From an uncultured bacterium (GTDB lineage: Bacteria > CAYUVA01), in the NCBI GenBank assembly GCA_964448115.1, contig CAYUVA010000017.1:62001-82556 (forward strand): 20,556 nucleotides of DNA, given 5' to 3'. Positions 1 through 8,800 of the stretch are shown here, piece after piece. Numbering within the stretch: position 1 is the first letter of the stretch; each line of letters starts with the position of its first letter. The position numbers and the translations under genes are program-made. The notes beneath the pieces are model-generated. The model was not told the DNA's origin. It saw only the letters and a program-made list of their open reading frames with translations, and did no database searches.

Positions 1-261
1 AGCATATCAGGAGAAAGCACAATACCTCACTTCTTGGGTGTGCTTGAATCATCGGATAACAAGCCCGGCGGGTTAGTTACATTAAACTTCATGCTCACCC
101 CGCAGGCTCAGCTATCAAAGTACGATCCCGATTATTGGGGGGACCTTCCTGTAATTTGCCTTGAAACAAGCCTGGATAAAAACAACCTTGAGAGGCTGAA
201 AATAATAAATTCAAGATACGGGAAACCTCCAGTGGAGCTTCTAATGCAATGTTGTCCATAG
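1..261 (+). CDS. 3' end of a YnjB-like ABC transporter substrate-binding protein; 5'-truncated by the window edge, possibly degenerate at the C-terminus
   Basis: Frame +1 is open from base 1: SISGESTIPHFLGVLESSDNKPGGLVTLNFMLTPQAQLSKYDPDYWGDLPVI. This resembles the recalled YnjB C-terminal pattern HF.aIP.Na.nkAgA.V.aNFLLSPeAQ..K.DP..WGD..Vl. TAG stop at 259-261. Confidence 0.55.
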   Translation, partial: SISGESTIPHFLGVLESSDNKPGGLVTLNFMLTPQAQLSKYDPDYWGDLPVICLETSLDKNNLERLKIINSRYGKPPVELLMQCCP

Positions 262-305
262 GTTACACAATTGCCAAGAGAAAAGCCTACTGTAAGAGAA
301 GTGGC

Positions 306-3300
306 TTATTCTATCGTAAGGTAAGGCCAGGGCAGGCTTGTGTTGCCAGCATTATCGGTGGCTACTAGCTCCAACAGGTAAATCCCCGACATGCCCTCCA
401 ATTCGCCCTGCGGGAAATAGATCCTGAATCCGAACACGCCATCCTGGCTCTCAAAGTCTCCGTGTAGTCCATCATCATGCAATAGGATACCAGTCGGTTC
501 ACCGTTATAGAGAACCTCCAGGCGTTGGATATCCTCGATTCCCTGGCGATCGCCGACTACTGCCAGGATAATGAAAGCGCCAGCTTCATCCTCGACCAAG
601 AAGGTGTTGTAGTAGCCGGCAGCATAAATCACCGGGCGATCCATGGAATCTTTCCCTTCTGACATTATCAGACGATGATAGAATACCTCCCAGGATTGGG
701 GGAGCGCTGGCTCCAAGTCGGCTGAATATGACCCCCCACTAGCATGATTGATGGTTAGATAAGGCCAGGTGAGGCTTACTGCCCCGGGGATGCTTATAGC
801 CTGCAACTCCAGTAGATACTCCTTCGGCTGCAAGCCGGGAGCGACCTCGACACCAGACAGCCAGAAGACATCCGGATTGCCCTCCCAGCGAGGCAAAGTA
901 ACTCCGGTCGGAGCGCCCCCGTAAAGAATATTAACCTTGCTTACTCCCTGTCCCTGCGGATCCGAGACCCAGGCTATCATGTCAAATATCCCGCCGGCTT
1001 CCCAGGTTATACTTGTGTTCATGTACCCTGCCATCAGTATGTAAGGCTTGGAGAATCGGGGATCAGAGGGGGTATAGGTAAGCGTCGGGGTAGCGCTTAT
1101 TGCTTCTGTGGGGGTAACTGTTGGCGTTGCTGTGGGCGTCGGGGTTACCGTCCTCGATATGATGAAGAAGCTGTAAATGTCGGTAGGCATGGAGATCCCG
1201 TTCCAGTCTGAGCAATCGATGGTTACATTGACCACCTGATCGAACTGGAAGGGATACTCCGGGTAGTGTGTCAGATGCAGGTTGAAGTCCGAGCCGCGAA
1301 GATTATAGGTAACATCCACATCCTCGACGGTCATCCGTATTGAGTGCCGGTTCACTCCGCTGTCATCATCTTTTATCCTCAGGGAGATATTGCAATCCGG
1401 CGGCACTGATCTCTGGTTCTTTGCTGGATCGTGTCCATCGGTGTAAGGTGAGGATGGGTGCGGGGTGCGCGTGGGGGTAGCAGTCGGAAATATTGATCCA
1501 GTGGCGGTCGGGGTCAGGGAGTATTCGATGGTGAAATAATAGACCTCGCGCAGCATGGGATTGTGGTTGATGTCAGAGGCATCCACCGTGATGGTTACCC
1601 TTTGTCCATATCTAAAGGGCTGGGGAGGCTGATATGACACATGAAAGCCACCGCCGATGGCGCTGAGGTTCGGCGTTACTAGCTCCCCGTTTACCGTCAT
1701 CGATATCGATGAGCCATCTACTTGGCTATCGTCGAGGATATCGAACTCGATGGATGTATTGGCAGGCACATCCTCAGCATACCTCTCGGGATGATGGTTG
1801 GTTACAAATGGTGGTTCTGAATCGCCAGAGCCGAGGCAGTAAAGCACATTGGAGCCTTGCTGCCCGACTAATAAGCTGCCGTCCTCAGCCACTGCCAGAG
1901 AGCCGGCTATCTCCATGCCTGATTGGAGAGCTTCGCTCCACCTTCCGAATCCGTCGTTATCCAATGCATAAACGATGCCCCCAGAGCTGCCAAAGTACAT
2001 GTTCCCCAGCCTGTCCAGGCTCAAAGGTGTGGTTGGGGTGGCGAATCCCTGTCTCTGGAAGATGAGTTGTCCAAGGTTATTGAAGCAGGTTATTCTGCCA
2101 TCTATTCCGATGGATAGTATATTGTCCGCCGTGCCGCAGGCTATAGGCTCGGATATGGGCGAGCCGGTATCCACCGACCAGCGAATTCCCCCGCTTGTGT
2201 TAAGGCTGATGATCCGCCCGGCAGCGGTGCATGCATAGGCATTCCCCATGGAATCGAACAGGGGACTGTGTAGCTCCTCACCAGGCAATGAATACGACCA
2301 GAGTAGCTCTCCCCTGCCGTTTAAAAGGTAGATCTTGCCCCGGTTGACGGTTACTGCAATGCGGCTATCCTCGATTGCCTGTCCATCATTATAGACCGCT
2401 GGTGAACAATTCGGTTGATCGCCCACATCATAAGACCAGAATATGGAACCATCGGCTTGGATGCTGTAAATGGCTCCATTAGCGAGCGCAATATAGCAAT
2501 GATGGTCATTACTTGCGGTTACCGCTCCAGATAAAGGACTGCCCAGATCCATCTCCCACCAAAATGCCCCCTGGGAGCTTAGCGATAGCAACCGGTTGTC
2601 TCCATCGCCGAAAACCAGGCTTTGGTCGCTAATCCATGCCGGGGTTAGGTAAACGCCTCCTGGAACAGGATATGACCAGGCGAGGGTCCCTTGCGCGGTC
2701 AAGCAGTACAATCCATCAAGGCAGCCTATGGCTATGGCTCCCTCGGAGTTGACCGCCGGCGAGGAGTTCTGTATCTCGCCGACCTCGTTTGACCAGTTGA
2801 TCCCTGCCGATGGCTTTGCGATGTTGCTACTTTTTCCCCTCTTGGAGGCATGGGCACGAAACTGGGACCAGGAATGGAGCTCCTGCGGCGTTGGCAGGGA
2901 GGTATAGGTCGCGGTAGGTGTGTTGGTCGGGGTAAAGGTCGCCATGCCGGTTGGAGTCGATGTGCTGGTGGGAGTGCTTGTTGGAGTCTTCGTCAGGGTC
3001 GGTGTCAATGTAGGATCTCCAGGCTCGGTTGCCGTCGGCGTGCTGGTCGGCGTGAAGGTCGGCTCTCCCGCATGAAAGACAACGATTTCATCCAGGTAGG
3101 CTGCATCCGCATTCTCCGGATAGTCCATTATGGCACGGAAGCGGATGATAAAATCCTCGATCATATCGAACTGACCCAGCTCCACGGATTGCCTCTCCCA
3201 TCCGTTGGTGCCGGAGGTCGCCCTTACCGCGCTGTGCCATTCTCCATCGAATATATCCAGGTAGATCCAGTGTCCCCCCTCGAATGAGTGGGTGTACCAC

Positions 3301-5639
3301 CAGTAGGAGAGGCTCGCCTCGGTCTGTCCATCAAGATCCAGGTGAAGATCGAGCGTTGAGACCGCATATCCGCCACTGGTCGCGTCTCCCAGGTATGCTA
3401 CCCAGTTGCCGCTGTACGCCTCGGTGCCTACTGGCGAATCATCAGCTCGCACCAAGGGGAGATCCCCCGAAGCGTCAGCATTGATCACATACTCATCAAG
3501 ATTGCCATCCTCGAAGCCATCGAGGAAGGGAAATGGATTGCCCTCGGTGGTCGGGGTTACCGTGGGGGTCGGGGTTATGGTCGGCGTTGCTGTCGGTGAT
3601 GGTGTCATTGAGGGAGCACTTAGCACCGTGAAGCTGAAGGACTCCTGGTCGAAGTTGTTCTGCGCCCAGGTTAGGTCATAAGCCCTGATATAGACCGATA
3701 CCTGCTCGCCAAAGGCAAATGGTGGATGATAGTATGCAACATGCCAGCCATAGTCTATGATGCTATAGTTGCAATCCGCAGCATGTTCATTCCCTTGCAC
3801 CTGGAATATGAGCGCCTCCGGATCTATACCGGTGCGATAATCGACCATATCGAACTCGATGGGGATAAAAGGTGCCACGCCGGAGTCGCCGGGAGCCGGA
3901 GTTATGTTCCTGATGATGGGATTGAAGGGATCCACCGCGCCGTTGGCTCGAATGGTGAATTGATAGATGTCCGGCTCCATCCACTGGGGTGGGCTGCCGT
4001 TATCCGAGGCATCGATCCTCACATCGACCACCTGGCTTGCTGACCAGTTGGATGATGGACGATAGAGCACCGAATATCCGCCGCTGATGGGGACTACCCT
4101 CACATCCTTGACCTCTCCCTCGACCTCCATGCTGATCGAGTCCGGGTTAACGCCACCGCCGGCAGCCATTACCCTTGCATAGATACAGGTATTAGCAAAG
4201 ACACCGCTCGCTCCCCTCGGCGGCTGGTGAGCGGTCGTATAGGGCAGCGTCTCCGGGGGGAGAAAAAGGAAGGCATAGCTCCCAGCCAATACCCAGGGAG
4301 TGTTATGGGAATACTGTATGCCAAGCGCTCCATCCACCGATTCTATGCCAACAGTAGCGCTGCCGCCGCTTCCCAGGCTGGTGTTATCCACATCCTTGTA
4401 CTGGAAGAGCACCTGGTCAGAGCCTTCCTGAAAGATTACTTGAGCCGTGATCCGGCTGGTAGTGCCGTAGATGGGAATGTCATCGTACTGGATGATAGCG
4501 TATCGGCTCGGATAGGTGCCCTCTACCTTGTAATAGACATTCCCTCCGCTGGATGGATCGAGATCATCCCAGAATAGTGCCAATAATCCGTTTGGCGTTT
4601 GTTCATCAGGTATGGAGCTGTTATCCGGGGAGGCTGCTGCGCTTGTGAAGGATAAAAAGCCATTGGAGCTTATATTCACGCTTGTATATCGCTGTCCATA
4701 AAAGATAAAGTTGAAGTCGAAATAAAGGTGGTGGCTGCTGTCATCTCCCAGTGATATTGGGGTTCCGCTTCCCGATATCTCGATCCATGAATAATTGCTG
4801 GTCTGTCCGCTGTATCCATATTCATCCTGGGCATACCATTGAACCATAGTTGCAGTAGCGGTCGGGGTGGCTGTGATTCCAGGGGTATCTGTAGGAGTTG
4901 CCGTGGCTGTGAAAGTTGCGGTCGGCGTGCTGGTCGGATCACCTATGAAAACCCTTAACTCGTCGGTATGGGGACCGAATACCGATGCTTCGTCCTGGGG
5001 TAATAACAGGTACCAGTAGTACAGTCCCTCGATTACATCGTGATCATAAGCCGGGCTGGAGGCATTGCCATTGATTAAATGATATATGCAATCGCTCAAC
5101 TGGTTATCGCCAGCGGATGGATTGCTTGAGCGATAAAGGTAGTAGGTTATGCCGGGTAATTGATCGAAGGTTATACGAACATACTTCGATGTTGAGCCTA
5201 GAACTTCCGCTGAGAGACCTGTCGGCTCACCAGGATAATCGGCAGCAGAGACCACTGTCTGACCTGGAAAGACGACATCCTCACCGGGCACAATCCCACT
5301 ATAGGCGCCGGCTTTTGATTCCGCAGCCACATAAACATAAACATTAAAGGGATCTCCCTCCGAAGCGTTAGGGAACTTGTTAAAATCGACCAACCAGTAT
5401 CCGATGCTCTCGTAGAACAGATAGCCTGTATCATAGCCATTTATCGGGTCCAGGCTATCCTCGGTCAAAAGATACTCCATGCCCTCGGTCAGGGTACAGT
5501 TGAATTTAACGCTCCCTAATGGCGGAGACCCTCCCGTATCATAAAGGACAGGCTGGGCACCGATACCGACAGCAGCAACAGGGGATTGGGATATGAAAAG
5601 AAGAAAAAGGATGATTACCAGGGCGACTCGATATCTCAT
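306..5639 (-). CDS. 1777-aa secreted/cell-surface multidomain protein: signal peptide, FN3-like, nidogen/NIDO-like, four SbsA/Big_5-like Ig repeats, MAM/jelly-roll-like, PQQ-type beta-propeller, Thr/Pro linkers, duplicated C-terminal domain
   Basis: Long ORF with signal peptide MRYRVALVIILFLLFISQSPVAA. NIDO-like motifs F.F.FYG..Y..V.ISSNGFLSF and LLALFWDDLDP. PQQ/BamB-like repeats (WSY...G.....SP) at about 1830-2870. Four ~100-aa Ig repeats and five PT/TP-rich linkers. Confidence 0.9.
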   Translation of the reverse strand: MRYRVALVIILFLLFISQSPVAAVGIGAQPVLYDTGGSPPLGSVKFNCTLTEGMEYLLTEDSLDPINGYDTGYLFYESIGYWLVDFNKFPNASEGDPFNVYVYVAAESKAGAYSGIVPGEDVVFPGQTVVSAADYPGEPTGLSAEVLGSTSKYVRITFDQLPGITYYLYRSSNPSAGDNQLSDCIYHLINGNASSPAYDHDVIEGLYYWYLLLPQDEASVFGPHTDELRVFIGDPTSTPTATFTATATPTDTPGITATPTATATMVQWYAQDEYGYSGQTSNYSWIEISGSGTPISLGDDSSHHLYFDFNFIFYGQRYTSVNISSNGFLSFTSAAASPDNSSIPDEQTPNGLLALFWDDLDPSSGGNVYYKVEGTYPSRYAIIQYDDIPIYGTTSRITAQVIFQEGSDQVLFQYKDVDNTSLGSGGSATVGIESVDGALGIQYSHNTPWVLAGSYAFLFLPPETLPYTTAHQPPRGASGVFANTCIYARVMAAGGGVNPDSISMEVEGEVKDVRVVPISGGYSVLYRPSSNWSASQVVDVRIDASDNGSPPQWMEPDIYQFTIRANGAVDPFNPIIRNITPAPGDSGVAPFIPIEFDMVDYRTGIDPEALIFQVQGNEHAADCNYSIIDYGWHVAYYHPPFAFGEQVSVYIRAYDLTWAQNNFDQESFSFTVLSAPSMTPSPTATPTITPTPTVTPTTEGNPFPFLDGFEDGNLDEYVINADASGDLPLVRADDSPVGTEAYSGNWVAYLGDATSGGYAVSTLDLHLDLDGQTEASLSYWWYTHSFEGGHWIYLDIFDGEWHSAVRATSGTNGWERQSVELGQFDMIEDFIIRFRAIMDYPENADAAYLDEIVVFHAGEPTFTPTSTPTATEPGDPTLTPTLTKTPTSTPTSTSTPTGMATFTPTNTPTATYTSLPTPQELHSWSQFRAHASKRGKSSNIAKPSAGINWSNEVGEIQNSSPAVNSEGAIAIGCLDGLYCLTAQGTLAWSYPVPGGVYLTPAWISDQSLVFGDGDNRLLSLSSQGAFWWEMDLGSPLSGAVTASNDHHCYIALANGAIYSIQADGSIFWSYDVGDQPNCSPAVYNDGQAIEDSRIAVTVNRGKIYLLNGRGELLWSYSLPGEELHSPLFDSMGNAYACTAAGRIISLNTSGGIRWSVDTGSPISEPIACGTADNILSIGIDGRITCFNNLGQLIFQRQGFATPTTPLSLDRLGNMYFGSSGGIVYALDNDGFGRWSEALQSGMEIAGSLAVAEDGSLLVGQQGSNVLYCLGSGDSEPPFVTNHHPERYAEDVPANTSIEFDILDDSQVDGSSISMTVNGELVTPNLSAIGGGFHVSYQPPQPFRYGQRVTITVDASDINHNPMLREVYYFTIEYSLTPTATGSIFPTATPTRTPHPSSPYTDGHDPAKNQRSVPPDCNISLRIKDDDSGVNRHSIRMTVEDVDVTYNLRGSDFNLHLTHYPEYPFQFDQVVNVTIDCSDWNGISMPTDIYSFFIISRTVTPTPTATPTVTPTEAISATPTLTYTPSDPRFSKPYILMAGYMNTSITWEAGGIFDMIAWVSDPQGQGVSKVNILYGGAPTGVTLPRWEGNPDVFWLSGVEVAPGLQPKEYLLELQAISIPGAVSLTWPYLTINHASGGSYSADLEPALPQSWEVFYHRLIMSEGKDSMDRPVIYAAGYYNTFLVEDEAGAFIILAVVGDRQGIEDIQRLEVLYNGEPTGILLHDDGLHGDFESQDGVFGFRIYFPQGELEGMSGIYLLELVATDNAGNTSLPWPYLTIE

Positions 5640-5674
5640 GATCTTGCTTTATCTCAGAATCTTTCTACTCGATA

Positions 5675-5703
5675 AATTTAGTGCCCAAACCTTCGGTTGT
5701 CAA
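5675..5703 (-). promoter_or_regulatory. sigma70-type promoter for the 1777-aa gene
   Basis: Minus strand TTGACA (5703-5698), 17-nt spacer, TAAATT (5680-5675), about 35 nt upstream of the ATG. Confidence 0.7.
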
Positions 5704-5743
5704 ACAGTATCCAAGTTTTGGCACTTGAAGCATGTTTATTGGA

Positions 5744-5772
5744 TTGAAAAATTGGGTAACATGTAATAACAT
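5744..5772 (+). promoter_or_regulatory. sigma70-type promoter for the membrane kinase gene (divergent from the previous promoter)
   Basis: TTGAAA (5744-5749), 17-nt spacer, TAACAT (5767-5772). Confidence 0.55.
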
Positions 5773-5860
5773 CAAACTTTGGACATATTGGGTGGGTTAC
5801 CAGCGGTATGGAATCGTGTTAGCCGTGAGATCATCGAGAAAGGATGCCTAAGAAAGCTAG

Positions 5861-8800
5861 ATGCCGACCTGTGAGAAATGCGGAACCAATAATGTAATCG
5901 GCAGCAAGTTCTGCTCCAACTGCGGAGCGCCTTTGCCGGAAAAGGGTAAGCTGATCAGGGAGCAGATATCACCTACATCATTCAAGGATGTGAGAAAACC
6001 ATTAGAGGAGGTCTTGGAGGGTCAATACGAGATCATTGATGAGATCGGCCGCGGGGGAATGGCTATAGTATATAAGGCGATCGATCTGAACCTGGAGAGG
6101 GTCGATGCCATAAAGGTGCTCCCGGTCGAGTTAGCATACGATAAGGAGTTTGTCGAACGCTTCCACCGTGAAGCCAAGATGGCGGCGCGGCTCCACCATC
6201 CCAATATCATCACCATCTATGCGGTAAAGCAGCACGAGAACCTCAACTTCATGATCATGAAGTACATCGACGGCAAGCCGCTCAAGAAGATCCTCAAGGA
6301 GCAAAAAACCCTGCCGGTCGAAAAGAGCATCCATATCCTCAAGGATGTCTGTAGCGCGCTTTTCTTTGCCCACAAGGAGGGTGTGATACACCGCGATATA
6401 AAGCCGGACAACATAATGATCGACCGCCACGACAATGCCATTGTCATGGACTTCGGCATTGCCAAGGCTGCTACCAGCACCGGCTTGACCACCGTTGGAG
6501 GTGTGATTGGAACCGCCAAGTACATGTCCCCTGAACAGATCAAGGGAGAGGCGGATAACCGCTCGGATCTTTACTCCCTTGGCATCGTTGCCTATAGGAT
6601 GCTGACCGGAAGGGTGCCCTTCACCGGTGAGGATAACTATACGATAAACTATAAACACCTCCATGATCCACCAGAGCCCCCCAGTAAATACAACCCTGCC
6701 ATCCCCAAGAAGCTAGAGGGCTGGATACTTAAGCTGTTGGAGAAAAATCCGAACCATCGCTACCAGTCTGCCCGAGAAGCGCTCGATGTGCTCGAGGAGA
6801 TCGAATATGAGCTTAAAAAGATGCACCAGGATATCTCCAAGATCTCAAAAACAAAGCCGGCTTCAACTACCGAGGAGATAAACGCCTACTTTAAAGAGGG
6901 CTTGGCTGCCTTCAACCAGGGCGAGTACGAGCGAGCAATCAGCCTTTGGGAGAAGCTATTATCGATCGATCCCAGCTATATAAAGGGCATCGAATACATC
7001 CAGAAGGCTAAACAGAAGATAGAGGATCAACAAACCATCGCCCAATTAATGCACGAGGCTAAGGAATACTACCAGGCGGGCAACTATCCGGAGGCGATCC
7101 GCTGCTGGGGTAAGGTGGTGGCGCTCGATGCCGAACAGGCGGAAGCCTTCGAGTGGATGGAGAAGGCTCGTGCAAAGATGAGCCACCTCGAAAAGATAGA
7201 GAAGCTGTTCCTTCAGGGCGATGACCTTCTCTCCAAGGGGGAGATCGAACAGGCGAAGGAGAAATTCCAGAAGGTGCTTCAGCTTGATCCCGAACACAAG
7301 GAAGCCATGCTGATGATCGAGGAGATAAGCGAGGAGGAGAAAAAGAGCCAACTCATCGGCGACCTTGTGGCAAGGGGAGACCAAGCCTACAATAATCGGG
7401 AATTCGAGCGGGCATTGCAGCTTTACGAGGAGATCTTTTCGTCCTATCCAGACCATTTGGCAACCGTAAAAAAGGTGGATCAGGTAAAGGATGCAATCAG
7501 AATAAGGGACCACCTCGATTACTATATAGAGCAAGCTAAGAAACTTGCTGATAATAAGGAGTATGAACAGGCGCTGAAGCTGTGGGAGGAGATCGTCTTT
7601 GTCAGCCCGGACAACGAGGAGGCAAAGAATAACCTTGAATCGGTTAAGCAGCTTTTCGAGAGGCAAAAGTTCGTAACCGAAAACCTCTCCAAGGCGCAAG
7701 AATCGTTTGAACAGGGCGATTATGCACAGGCTATCAAGCTCTGGGAAGCGGTACTTAATAAAAGACCCGAAGATAAACAGATCCTCGATAAGATCTTCGA
7801 GGCGCAGAAGCTGCTCGAGAAATCGCAGCGACTCAGTAAGCTCAGGGAAAAGGGATTACAACTATTCAATGAGCGCAATTACGAGGAAGCTTACCCGATA
7901 TTGGATGAGGCTTACCATCTAGATCCCCATGACAAGGAGATCTTCGAGGCACATAAAGAGACCAAACATATACTCAAGGTGCGCGAGATAAAACAGCTTA
8001 CCAGCCAGGGCAAGCAGTGCCTTGAGCAAGGCGATTACTCCGAGGCGGTACGCCTGTTCCACCGCATTCTGCAACTCGATCCCCAACAGGAACAGATCGC
8101 CCAGCTTCGTAACCAGGCAAGCGAAAAGCTCGAAAAGGAAAGGCTCAAGGAGATGCTGTTGCTGAAAGCAAAGAGCCTTCTTAAAGAGAAAAAAATACAT
8201 AAAGCCAAGAGCGCAATCGAGGAACTGATCGAGTTGGAGCCTGAAAATGAGGATGCCAGGCAGATCCAGCAAGAGATCGAAGAGCTTGCCGGGCAAATCC
8301 AAGCAAGTGAGCCAGAAGGCGAGGATGCGGAAGCCAAGGAAGCCCTGTTCATGGGAATAGAAAGCATCATCGCCGGACAAGCCCACCTTGCCAAGGAGTA
8401 CCTCCAGGATGCCCTGGAAATAGAGCCTAATAACCAAAGGGTCAGCAAGATCCTGCGTTCGCTCGGAGAGTTCACCCGACTGACCGAGGCAGGCAACCTG
8501 GTTGATGTCAACATGATGACAACCATCGAGACCTACATGGAGGAAGACTCCTCGTTCAAAAAACCGATCTACTTCGAGGAGGTGGCAGGTGAGGTAGGTA
8601 AACACTTTGATTATACCCCTGAAGCTGAAGGCAAGCCACTTTTGTGCCAATCCCCCAGCCTCGAAAGGATCATAAATCCACCCCAAGCGGATGATGATAT
8701 CGAATACACCGAGATGCCGATAGGTGAACACACCAGCCTTTATGTCCCTGAAGAACAGAAGGACGAGGAAGCTCAGGAAATAAAGCTCCCCTTCAAGGAA

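Noticed and set aside
1709-5440. Short ORFs overlapping the 1777-aa gene
   Set aside because: Alternative-frame or antisense ORFs inside a well-supported gene, with no recognisable motifs.
5718-5735. TTGGCAC as a sigma54 -24 element
   Set aside because: No GC at the required GG-N10-GC spacing.
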